Part shown: positions 40,689 through 49,848 of the stretch, in pieces
How the letters are laid out: each line of letters begins with the position of its first letter
How positions within the stretch are numbered: position 1 is the first letter of the stretch
Source of the DNA: a virus
Taxonomy: Duplodnaviria > Caudoviricetes
Direction: 5' to 3' (one strand)
IMG/VR virus record: IMGVR_UViG_3300035498_000319
Span: 29,314-93,313 of that record
Length of the DNA stretch: 64,000 bases
Notes under the pieces: model-generated
What the model saw: only the letters and a program-made list of their open reading frames with translations
What the model was told of the DNA's origin: nothing
Databases searched by the model: none
Made by a program: the position numbers and the translations under genes

Positions 40689-41336
40689 ATGGAGATTAAG
40701 TATTTTGATAAGCTTAAGCTATTCCCTAATTGTCAATATCGCGTAGCATCTAGAGATCTTTCAGGGAGTAAGTTTATTTATAAATCTTTTATGAAAGCAC
40801 TCCAATGTGCTAAGCCTGGATATTTAGGATATATAGTAATCTATATAGAGAATAAAAAAGCATTGGATAAAATCCCAGATGGAGATTACAGTCAAATTGA
40901 GTGTTTCGATTGGAGCAAATATGCTCCAGATAGATGGATTTTCATATCTCCAAATAAGGATGAAATCTATGGTGAACATTTTAGTGCAAACGGTCGTGAT
41001 TTCTATTTCGACTATGATTTTATTTTTGGAAAAGAAAAAGAAATATTTCAACCTTATGAGATAGTCAAGTCTAGGCTGTATCCAAATACTGATGTTATTA
41101 TAGACAATAATATCAGATGGATTGTAGGAAGTAGAGATCATAAAGATACAAGAGATGAAATATTAAACGCTCGATATTGCGGAGGAGATCTATATATAAG
41201 ATATGGCCTTGTATTATATACCGGAGACGATAACAGAATTTGGGATTCTGATTATCTGCCTAGCTCTCCATTATATAAGAGCGAGGGAAAGATATATACG
41301 CCAAATGGAGAATATAGATTTCCGACATTAGACTAG
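40689..41336 (+). CDS. hypothetical protein, paralog of 39340-39915
   Basis: Shared motifs as listed for the paralog. Confidence 0.75.
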   Translation: MEIKYFDKLKLFPNCQYRVASRDLSGSKFIYKSFMKALQCAKPGYLGYIVIYIENKKALDKIPDGDYSQIECFDWSKYAPDRWIFISPNKDEIYGEHFSANGRDFYFDYDFIFGKEKEIFQPYEIVKSRLYPNTDVIIDNNIRWIVGSRDHKDTRDEILNARYCGGDLYIRYGLVLYTGDDNRIWDSDYLPSSPLYKSEGKIYTPNGEYRFPTLD

Positions 41337-41412
41337 CAAATAGGTGGGAATATTCCCACCTATTTATTTTTTGTATTTTAACCATATTTAAACAACGCAG
41401 TAAGGTGATTAT

Positions 41413-41916
41413 ATGATTAATAAAGTTATTTTTCTAGATGTAGATGGAGTTTTAAATTCTAAGATAAATATGAAGATTAGAAGAGAAAATGGAGAATCTA
41501 CAAGTTCTTATTATGTAAAGATTCCTGGGGATAAGATCTATAAGCTGAAGAGAATAGTGGACAATACGGATGCGGCTATAGTATTATCATCAAGTTGGAG
41601 AATAGGGTATAGTCGTTCTAGTATGACTCCTTCTCCAGCTTTTATGAATTTAGTCAATCAATTAGAACCTTATGGATTACATATATACGATTGGACTCCT
41701 TTAGATAAAAATAGAAATAGAGGGTATGAGATACATAAATGGCTATATGGATATAAGTATGCTAATGGATACTTTCCGAACTATATTATTTTAGATGATA
41801 ATATAGCAGATCTCATTCCTTTACATAGAGGACACATTATAAAAGTGAATAGTCTTCTGGGCCTGCAAAATGAGCATGTAAACATAGCAGTAAATATTTT
41901 GAATAGCTTCCAGTAA
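41413..41916 (+). CDS. HAD-family phosphatase (Swiss-army-knife RNA-repair type)
   Basis: IFLDVDGVLN, IVLSSSWR, RG.EI..WL and YIILDD motifs. Confidence 0.85.
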   Translation: MINKVIFLDVDGVLNSKINMKIRRENGESTSSYYVKIPGDKIYKLKRIVDNTDAAIVLSSSWRIGYSRSSMTPSPAFMNLVNQLEPYGLHIYDWTPLDKNRNRGYEIHKWLYGYKYANGYFPNYIILDDNIADLIPLHRGHIIKVNSLLGLQNEHVNIAVNILNSFQ

Positions 41917-41956
41917 TGGAATATTATATATTATATGAAAGGAAATTCAAAGAAAA

Positions 41957-42493
41957 ATGGATAACCAAAGAGAAGAGAAAGCGCTAGAGAATAAGAATTA
42001 TATTGACAATCATCGGGAGAATGTATCTAAAGCCTATCAGGTTTATGGAGAAGAACTCTGTAATGCTTTAGATGTAGATCCTAAAAAGCTTGCTGAAATG
42101 GTAAGAGAACATGATATGTCTAAATATTCTCAAGAAGAGTTTGAAGGATATAGAATGAACTATTATCCTACAGATGAAGAAAAAGCAGATCTATCTTTAT
42201 CTACTTATAAGAAAAAGATGTATGAAAGTGCTTGGTTACATCATTTGAGAAATAATGCTCATCATCCAGAGTTTTGGATGAGAACAAATGATGATGGGAA
42301 TATTGTTGTTGAAGATATGGATAAGATTCATATTGCTGAAATGCTCTTAGATTGGGAGAGCTTTGCATTTGCCGGTAAAGATTCAGCATATGAATATTGG
42401 TCCAAAAGGAGACACGATAAGCCGTTCTCTAGAAATACAGATCTAATAGTAGCTAATTGTATTGATATCTTTAAGAGAAAACCTAATCTATGA
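41957..42493 (+). CDS. HD-like phosphohydrolase (DUF5662-type)
   Basis: H..HD.SK...EE..Y, AW.HH...N.HHPE.W and EM..DW motifs. Confidence 0.75.
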   Translation: MDNQREEKALENKNYIDNHRENVSKAYQVYGEELCNALDVDPKKLAEMVREHDMSKYSQEEFEGYRMNYYPTDEEKADLSLSTYKKKMYESAWLHHLRNNAHHPEFWMRTNDDGNIVVEDMDKIHIAEMLLDWESFAFAGKDSAYEYWSKRRHDKPFSRNTDLIVANCIDIFKRKPNL

Positions 42494-42625
42494 TAGATTC
42501 TAAATAAGACCAGACTGTATGTCTGGTCTGTCTTTTTTGTAAAAGTAAATATTTTCAATTATATATTATATATATAGAAACCGGATAATAAATACAACCG
42601 GTACTAGAAAGAGAGGCATAAAGAT

Positions 42626-42946
42626 ATGCGCGTAGAAATGAGAAGAGCTATTAAGGCTCAAAGAAGGATGCTATTGAAGGCATTTACTTTTGCTGCTTTA
42701 AAGGCAGCAATAGCAATAACATCTATTGTCGGATTGTGGTTGCATTTTATGCCAAGTACTGGCGATATTCGCCAAGATATTTGGTTAATGATCCCGCAAT
42801 GGTTGTTATGCGCAGCAATGGCAGGTATATTGCTGCACAAGAATACCGCTCAAATGCGGGAAGAGTATTCCAAATTAGAATCCCTTTATAGGGACAAACG
42901 GGTTTACGAGCGTAAAGTTCGTAAACTTATGAAGAAAGGGGCCTAA
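42626..42946 (+). CDS. small membrane protein (2 TM)
   Basis: Own extended early promoter and terminator. Confidence 0.7.
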   Translation: MRVEMRRAIKAQRRMLLKAFTFAALKAAIAITSIVGLWLHFMPSTGDIRQDIWLMIPQWLLCAAMAGILLHKNTAQMREEYSKLESLYRDKRVYERKVRKLMKKGA

Positions 42947-42997
42947 CAGCCCCTTTCTTTTTTGTCTCAGAACTAGAGATTAAAGAGGTGAATCAAT

Positions 42998-44182
42998 ATG
43001 TCTAAAGATACTAAGTCGATATTAACTAATCTCTATCCTTTAGTAGATGCTGCTTTATCTTCTACTAAAGGAAAGAATGCATATATGAAATACGTAAATG
43101 ACTTCTTTGCTAAAAGAGATGAAGAAATATATGATTCTGTTCCGTGCTCTAGAATTCTCTGTGTAGAAGATGAAATGGATTTACTATTTGAAGTTTTAAA
43201 TATTCCAAAGAGTAAAGTACAAGAAGCAATAGATCAAACATATTATGCGAAAATTTCTAACTTCAATCCTAAAGCCGCATTACACTGTTTCACAGTGACC
43301 CAATTGTGTGTAATTAGGAAGTTCATTTTGTCAAATTCGCAAAAAGAGAGGGATGTGAGTGCACTCTTACTTGCTTTCTCTGGAAAGTTCTATCCTTCAC
43401 TTCATTATCGCTCATACCCCACTAATACCCCCGTTCGGCACGTAATGGAATATGTCGTTAATAATGAATTATCTAAGAAATATGGATTAGCAAATAGAGG
43501 TTCTGTCATGGGAGCAGTACAAGGAGTTTGTGATACATGGATGACTGCATATAAGAGTAAGTTTAAAGCTTTTATGGATGCAGATGCAGTATATCTAATT
43601 CAGCAACTTCATTCTCGTGTGGGAAGTTTCATAAAGAATATTGCTGAAGCATATTATAAAGTCTATGATGATAAAGATACTTATATGGCATATACAATGG
43701 ATTCTTATGATTCAGAAGATTACCATGTATCTGATAATGATTCTCTTAGAATAGAAAGAATCACTGAAGCTACTATGAATTATATTACTTCTAATGGAGT
43801 AGACTATAAAATCTGTCAAGCCTGCTCAGATAGTAATATATCTCCATTAGAAGCAAAAGCAGTTATAGAAAGTATTATCATGAATAGAGAGAATCTCTTA
43901 AAGTGTAAAGAGCTTATCACTTTAATGATATCTACTTACTTCGCTTCTGGACATACAAAGGAAGTAACCGACATAGCATTCATTACATACTCTGTATCCT
44001 CCAAGCCAAATGCTAAACAGCCAGAAATGGTTAGACAAAAAGAAATTATTGAAGAATTTCTCTGTGAATCAGGAACTGCTTATAAGAGAAGAAGATCCAG
44101 ATATGCTACTAGAACTTCTTATGAAAGATGTGTAAAAATGTATTTTGCTCTTATGATTCATGATGTTGCCAGAAAGAAATAA
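42998..44182 (+). CDS. hypothetical protein (late promoter)
   Basis: 394 aa; GAGGTG RBS; AACT-N6-TA at 42971. Confidence 0.75.
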   Translation: MSKDTKSILTNLYPLVDAALSSTKGKNAYMKYVNDFFAKRDEEIYDSVPCSRILCVEDEMDLLFEVLNIPKSKVQEAIDQTYYAKISNFNPKAALHCFTVTQLCVIRKFILSNSQKERDVSALLLAFSGKFYPSLHYRSYPTNTPVRHVMEYVVNNELSKKYGLANRGSVMGAVQGVCDTWMTAYKSKFKAFMDADAVYLIQQLHSRVGSFIKNIAEAYYKVYDDKDTYMAYTMDSYDSEDYHVSDNDSLRIERITEATMNYITSNGVDYKICQACSDSNISPLEAKAVIESIIMNRENLLKCKELITLMISTYFASGHTKEVTDIAFITYSVSSKPNAKQPEMVRQKEIIEEFLCESGTAYKRRRSRYATRTSYERCVKMYFALMIHDVARKK

Positions 44183-44365
44183 AGATCAATTTCGTATATG
44201 GATTTAGTATCCATATACGATTTTTGTGCCAAAACCATCCCTTGTTTACAATTTATTAACAAAATTTACATTTTGTTCGATCGCCATTGTACGCAATGAG
44301 TCGAATTAGAGCTCGAAAAATCGTGTTTTAGTTGGTGGATAGGATACCCCCTACGGGGGTATAAT

Positions 44366-44473
44366 ATTCGGAAATCGGGATAATTCGGAAATCGGGATAA
44401 TTCGGAAATCGGGATAATTCGGAAATCGGGATAATTCGGAAATCGGGATAATTCGGAAATCGGGATAATTCGG
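44366..44473. repeat. perfect tandem repeat of TTCGGAAATCGGGATAA (17 bp), 6 copies plus a partial
   Basis: Units start at 44367, 44384, 44401, 44418, 44435 and 44452; partial copy at 44469. Confidence 0.97.
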
Positions 44474-44945
44474 GAGGGTCGGGGATACCTCCCCGACCCA
44501 TTTTAGAATTTATTATTATAAATATAGAAATTTATATAATATAAATTTCTATATATTATTATCTACTAATAATAGTATCAATTCATTAATATTATTATTT
44601 CAGGAAATAATAATATTAAAATATTAATTTTTTTGTAATAAAATATTACAAAATACACATAAAAGTAAATATGGGGGGATTGAGGTGGAAAGGCATTTTA
44701 ATTTTCAATTAAATTATTTACTTTACAACGATTACTTTCAGAATCCATCCATATATTCATTTTTTCAGTATATTAATAATTACTTATATAATTTCAGTAT
44801 TACTCATATCCACTAGGGGTATGGGATTATCTCCCTTTCAGGAAGATAATAGTTAATATTAACGCGCAGAAGTCTAGCATGTAGAATCATGCTAGATCTT
44901 TTCATTTTGGACATAAAGATAATTTAAACTAAGAGGTGAAACCTT

Positions 44946-45674
44946 ATGAATGCTAGAAGAAAGAAAGCAGAAGATTTAATATACTCCGTAATGGATTCAT
45001 TAGATACCACCGGTGCTAATACAGCTTATTATAAAGATAAATTTAAGAAGATGTCGGATAGTGAATTTACTAAATGGGCAGCTAAACCCTTACCCATAAG
45101 ATTCCATACAAAACCCTTTGTAATAGAACCTACTATGACAGATGCAGAAAATGCATTAAAGAAAGTAGGAACTCCTTTATTGGAGAAGGTAGCTTTACCT
45201 TATTTATATATGAATAAAAATGGAGAACCTGTATGGTCTAATGAGGCTATGGTAATCTATATTCATGTAAAGAAGATGAAGCAGTTTATTACTAAGAAGA
45301 ACTCTACTCCCGCTAGTATAGAGAATAGAGATATGAAGACTGGTGTACTTAGTGGACATGATAAAGGTGGCAAAGCATCTGATAGAGAAATGGAAGCGAT
45401 GGCTGTAATGGGAGAAGAAGAAGCTATGAAAGAGTTCTCCACATATAGAGCTGACTTCATGGATGCTAAATCTCAAGCTTATCAGACTATTGCTGCTACA
45501 GGAATGCTATATCAGAAAGACTTAGATATCTCTAATTATGATTCTATATCTAAGAATGCTCTTAATGCATATCTCATAGGATCATTATTAAATTCCAATA
45601 TTCTTAATGTAGATTACATGCTGCCTATTACTCTTGCCAATAAACAACGTAAAGTAACTCGTGAAGTAGAGTAA
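44946..45674 (+). CDS. RNA polymerase beta subunit C-terminal fragment, probably virion RNAP
   Basis: YIHVKKMKQFITKKN...RDMKTG...GGKASDREME corresponds to the beta KLxH...K..R...GGxRxGEME region; late-type promoter. Confidence 0.7.
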   Translation: MNARRKKAEDLIYSVMDSLDTTGANTAYYKDKFKKMSDSEFTKWAAKPLPIRFHTKPFVIEPTMTDAENALKKVGTPLLEKVALPYLYMNKNGEPVWSNEAMVIYIHVKKMKQFITKKNSTPASIENRDMKTGVLSGHDKGGKASDREMEAMAVMGEEEAMKEFSTYRADFMDAKSQAYQTIAATGMLYQKDLDISNYDSISKNALNAYLIGSLLNSNILNVDYMLPITLANKQRKVTREVE

Positions 45675-45778
45675 AACATTATCTCAGTTATATATTATAT
45701 AAGCAGAATGACCATGGTAAGTTCAAATATTAAGTTGGATAGCAGTGGGAACATTCAAATAAAAAATAAAGGAGGTAA

Positions 45779-45916
45779 ATGTCTATGAGTGATTACGGAG
45801 TAATCCAAGAACAGGGTTTCGTCACCGGCAATGGACTAGGGTTCAAGCCGGTATCCGAATCAGATCAGCAGAAGATTAAAAAAGATTCGGACAAGGACAA
45901 GAAGGAAAACAGGTAA
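45779..45916 (+). CDS. small protein, 45 aa (not in ORF track)
   Basis: AAGGAGGT RBS; early motif at 45691; MSMSDYGVIQEQGF...KKENR*. Confidence 0.65.
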   Translation: MSMSDYGVIQEQGFVTGNGLGFKPVSESDQQKIKKDSDKDKKENR

Positions 45917-46009
45917 GAGAAAAAGAAATTGCATGTATTTTACTAAAACCCTGGAGTTTTGGACTCCAGGGAATATTTTTATGCATGCTCGGACGAAAGG
46001 AATAATCTA

Positions 46010-46855
46010 ATGAATTTCAAAACAATCCAGAGAAAACTGGCAAGCCTTATATTAGCTTTAATTGCTAGTATGAATGCTACCACTATGTCTGCCATTGCTG
46101 TAGATATCTCAAAGGATGAACCGATCGAGCGAGCAGAAGAGGTTGGATATTATGAAGATCTCCTTTCTGTTGTTCGTACTAACCTACCGCTGAGTAACAA
46201 CACGGTAGCAAGTGTTTACCGAAAGGAGCTCGAAGAGCTCAAAGAGAAAAAGAGGTTGGAAAATACTTATGTAGTCCAAGCCGATGATACTATCTGGGAC
46301 ATTGCAGTAAAGTATTATGGTTGTGGCTATATGTATCGCTACATCATGGAAATGAATGACATGGAAACCTCAGATGTTTATGAGGGCATGGAATTAGATA
46401 TTTCCATAGATAAAGATCAACTTCAAGAAAAGATCGAATTTTACACTGAGCAGGAAGCTGAGGCTAAGCGTAAAATCGAAGAAGAAAAGAAGAGAGCCGA
46501 AGAGGAAGCGGCTCGGAAAGCAGCAGAAGAAGCAGCACAAAAAGAAGCACAAGCCAAATCTAATATGACTTATGTAGGTAAGTTTAAGATTACTGGCTAT
46601 GATGCTTGGTGCTATCATTGTAATGGATCTACTTCTGGACTTACTGCATCTGGTAATGTAGCAGTAGTAGGAAGAACTGTTGCAGCCTCTAGTAAGTATT
46701 TCGCTTTAGGTACTAAGATCTACATCGAAGGCTATGGCGAATATGTAGTAGAAGACAGAGGCGCATTTAAATCTAATGTCATTGACGTGGCCACTGACAG
46801 CCATTCGGCGTGTTATAATCTAACTGGCAGCGCCAATGTTTATATTATAAATTAA
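46010..46855 (+). CDS. secreted LysM + coiled-coil + 3D-domain cell-wall protein
   Basis: Signal peptide; YVVQADDTIWDIA (LysM); ITGY...TASG...TVAA...GTKIYIEGYG.YVVEDRG....IDV (3D domain). Confidence 0.88.
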   Translation: MNFKTIQRKLASLILALIASMNATTMSAIAVDISKDEPIERAEEVGYYEDLLSVVRTNLPLSNNTVASVYRKELEELKEKKRLENTYVVQADDTIWDIAVKYYGCGYMYRYIMEMNDMETSDVYEGMELDISIDKDQLQEKIEFYTEQEAEAKRKIEEEKKRAEEEAARKAAEEAAQKEAQAKSNMTYVGKFKITGYDAWCYHCNGSTSGLTASGNVAVVGRTVAASSKYFALGTKIYIEGYGEYVVEDRGAFKSNVIDVATDSHSACYNLTGSANVYIIN

Positions 46856-46916
46856 ATAAACATTAACACCCTAAGTAAATAATTTAGAGTGTTATAGAAG
46901 GAGGCATTGAATAATA

Positions 46917-47807
46917 ATGGATAAAGTTTGCCCATTAGGAGATTTTTATGCCAACGCAAAACCCAAACCCACTATACCGGTGGAAACTGTTGATGTATCA
47001 TTTGAATCATTTTCATCAAGTCGATTCGATGATGCAGCAAGACGGATTGATAATATGAATCCGCAGCAATGCTTTGATATGGTAAAAGAAAATCTCGATG
47101 TGATTGTAAGCAGAACTCTGCAAGATGATCGCAAGATTGGAGATTTTCTGATTAACCCTAGATTTATCAATGCATATACTCAGATAATGAGACAAATTCC
47201 CATTACTGATAGTCTGATCTTATTCGCCAACAAACTGACTTACGACTATTCTCTCTTAGATAACTACGTTGTAGAAACCTATGAGACATTTAGAGGTATT
47301 TCGGATTATGTAAGTGACTTCTGCATTAGGAAGCTCATGAGCATTGGCTTAGATCGTGAAACTGCTTGTTCTTTAGCAGTAGCTCGTTATGCATCAGTAC
47401 ACGAGTCTACGAACGTTCAGAGATTGAACTTCGAGATGGGCAAGTACTATGTAGAGCTTATGACAGAGCAAATGATCGTATGGATTTACGAGCAACTGTT
47501 CGACAAGATTTCTGATCTGTTTATCTCTAGTATGCTAGAAGTATATACGGATCAGGAACTGGATACGATATCTCATGACTTTAGAGATATCTACGGAAAC
47601 ATTTCTCTGGCTATCTTAGACATTCTGAATAATATGCCAGCTATTAGCATTAGGCAAGTTATTCTGAAATATATTGATGCCTATGAGGAATGGAATAAGG
47701 TGCATCATGATCTTCCCCGCTTTAGTATTAATCGTCTTAGCTATGATTATGAGAGAATCTTAAACGTAGTTGAGAGGTTAGAGCGGGAAGGATATGTAAT
47801 GCCGTAA
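46917..47807 (+). CDS. hypothetical protein
   Basis: AAGGAGG RBS; 296 aa. Confidence 0.75.
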   Translation: MDKVCPLGDFYANAKPKPTIPVETVDVSFESFSSSRFDDAARRIDNMNPQQCFDMVKENLDVIVSRTLQDDRKIGDFLINPRFINAYTQIMRQIPITDSLILFANKLTYDYSLLDNYVVETYETFRGISDYVSDFCIRKLMSIGLDRETACSLAVARYASVHESTNVQRLNFEMGKYYVELMTEQMIVWIYEQLFDKISDLFISSMLEVYTDQELDTISHDFRDIYGNISLAILDILNNMPAISIRQVILKYIDAYEEWNKVHHDLPRFSINRLSYDYERILNVVERLEREGYVMP

Positions 47808-47860
47808 GGAAATGAATAGGGGAGCAATCCCCTATTCCTATTTATTATAAGGAGGAACGC

Positions 47861-48391
47861 ATGAAACAAATAGATTGTCGTTTTAAGAGATTAGACGACA
47901 TAGACCCGAAAGATTATAAAGCTGCTATAAATGCTCTCAGGACCCAATGCTCATATAGTCCTGATATAGTATTTGTAGACGATTTAAATCTTGTAAATAG
48001 AGTTATTGATAGTTTGAATGATTATTTCAATAACCCGAAACAATCAGAAATTCAAATCAAGGAGGACATTACTATGAATGAAGCTACAGAAAGATTTGTT
48101 AAGCGTACCTATGATATCGAAACCCTTTTTGATATCATTGATAAGATTGATAAGTGCTATAGTGAGCATAACTATGGTACAGAAATCTACAGAGTTCTGT
48201 ATGGGGATATTGATATCCCAATCGTGGATGATGATTCTGCTGAACTCGGCATGTATCAGATTCTTGAAGAACTGAAACGTGTCGACAAATCGCTCGATGA
48301 ATTCAAAGATGAGGATGGTCTTAAGCCCCTCGTCGATGTTTATCATCGGACGGTTAAGAGATACGTGAATAAGTATCCGGTTGCAGAGTAA
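47861..48391 (+). CDS. hypothetical protein
   Basis: AAGGAGG RBS; a possible internal start with AAGGAGG at about 48074. Confidence 0.65.
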   Translation: MKQIDCRFKRLDDIDPKDYKAAINALRTQCSYSPDIVFVDDLNLVNRVIDSLNDYFNNPKQSEIQIKEDITMNEATERFVKRTYDIETLFDIIDKIDKCYSEHNYGTEIYRVLYGDIDIPIVDDDSAELGMYQILEELKRVDKSLDEFKDEDGLKPLVDVYHRTVKRYVNKYPVAE

Positions 48392-48519
48392 CTGGATGAA
48401 AAGAATAGGGAGTGAATCCCTATTCTTTTTTATTTTTTATATAGTCATCAACTCTAAAGTAACCTAATTACGGGTCATTAACGACAAAAGAAGACAAAGA
48501 AGAAACGAGGTCATAACTT

Positions 48520-49758
48520 ATGAAAAGCTTATTAGCAGAAAGATTCAGAGCAGCAGCGGCTAAGTCAAAGGATAGCCGCATGAGAGATGAAGCCACGATG
48601 GAAGTTTGTTATCCATCTGGATTTCTTAATTTCGATTTTTTAAATGGGGCAATTATTCATGTAGAATCTCCACAGTATAATTTTAAGTATTACTCTGCCG
48701 GTATTCCTGATGGATGCATGGTAATGTGTGTAGGCAGATCTGGATGTGGTAAGACCACATGGGCAGTACAAACTGCCGCAAATATTGTAAGACCCTTTGA
48801 GAATTCATGTATCTTCCATGATGATATCGAAGGTGGTATTACATTGGCCAGAAGAAAAGCTCTTACAGGATTCACTGAAGATGAATTAGAGAGCAAATAC
48901 ATTATTCGTAATTCCGGCATTACTGCGGAAAACTTTTATGCTCGTCTTAAAATGATCTATGATATTAAAGTAGAGAATGAAGATGAGTATTTAGTGGATA
49001 CTGGATTCCTTGATACTAGAGGAAGAAAGATCTTTAAGATGGTTCCAACTGTATATATCTTAGACTCTCTTGCATTACTGATGCCTGAGAAGTATACAGA
49101 TGAAGAAGAGTTGTCTGGACAGATGAGTGCTACAGCAGCGGCTAAGACAAACTCTAGTATTTTCAAAAGAATTATTCCTATGCTTAGCAAAGCAAACATC
49201 ATTCTGATTGTAATCAATCATATCACTACAAAGATTGAGATCAATCCTATGATGCATACAAAGGGACAGCTTGCTTATTTAAAGCAAGGAGAAGAAACTC
49301 CTGGTGGTAGAACCGTAAATTATTTAGCAGATCTCTTTATTAGATTTGATGACAATACAAAATTCAAAGAGAATGAAGGGTTTGCTATTAGCGGTAATAT
49401 GGTTGATATCACTCTAGTAAAATCTAGAAATGCAAGAGCTGGTCAAAGTACTACAATGGTATTTAATCAGTCTACTGGATTTGATCCTGAACTTAGTCTA
49501 TTCGTAATGCTTAAGAATGCAGGAAAGATTAAGGGAGCAGGAGCATATCTATATATCGAAGGGCATGATGATATTAAATTCTCCCAGAGAACTTTTAAAG
49601 ATACTCTTATTCAGTCTCTAGCACTTCAAGAGTATTTCTCTGAGGCAGTATCTGAAGTACTTAAATCTATTCCTGTTGAAGTAGGACAAACCTATGCTGA
49701 GAATCATGATATCTCCAGAGGCATTCTTGCTAAGATCAATACAATGAATATGGAGTAA
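48520..49758 (+). CDS. recA: RecA/UvsX-like recombinase
   Basis: SG...FD, Walker A GRSGCGKTT, DIEG, ILDSLA, INH, TPGG and VKSR motifs. Confidence 0.88.
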   Translation: MKSLLAERFRAAAAKSKDSRMRDEATMEVCYPSGFLNFDFLNGAIIHVESPQYNFKYYSAGIPDGCMVMCVGRSGCGKTTWAVQTAANIVRPFENSCIFHDDIEGGITLARRKALTGFTEDELESKYIIRNSGITAENFYARLKMIYDIKVENEDEYLVDTGFLDTRGRKIFKMVPTVYILDSLALLMPEKYTDEEELSGQMSATAAAKTNSSIFKRIIPMLSKANIILIVINHITTKIEINPMMHTKGQLAYLKQGEETPGGRTVNYLADLFIRFDDNTKFKENEGFAISGNMVDITLVKSRNARAGQSTTMVFNQSTGFDPELSLFVMLKNAGKIKGAGAYLYIEGHDDIKFSQRTFKDTLIQSLALQEYFSEAVSEVLKSIPVEVGQTYAENHDISRGILAKINTMNME

Positions 49759-49848
49759 ATCCTATTTAAAGCATATATTATATTAGTGATGAAAGGCTAA
49801 GGAGGATTTCATCACTAATATAATTGAAACGACAAGGAGGAAAAGACT

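Noticed and set aside
44366-44473. CRISPR array
   Set aside because: The repeats are contiguous 17-mers with no spacers, and no cas genes are present in the window.
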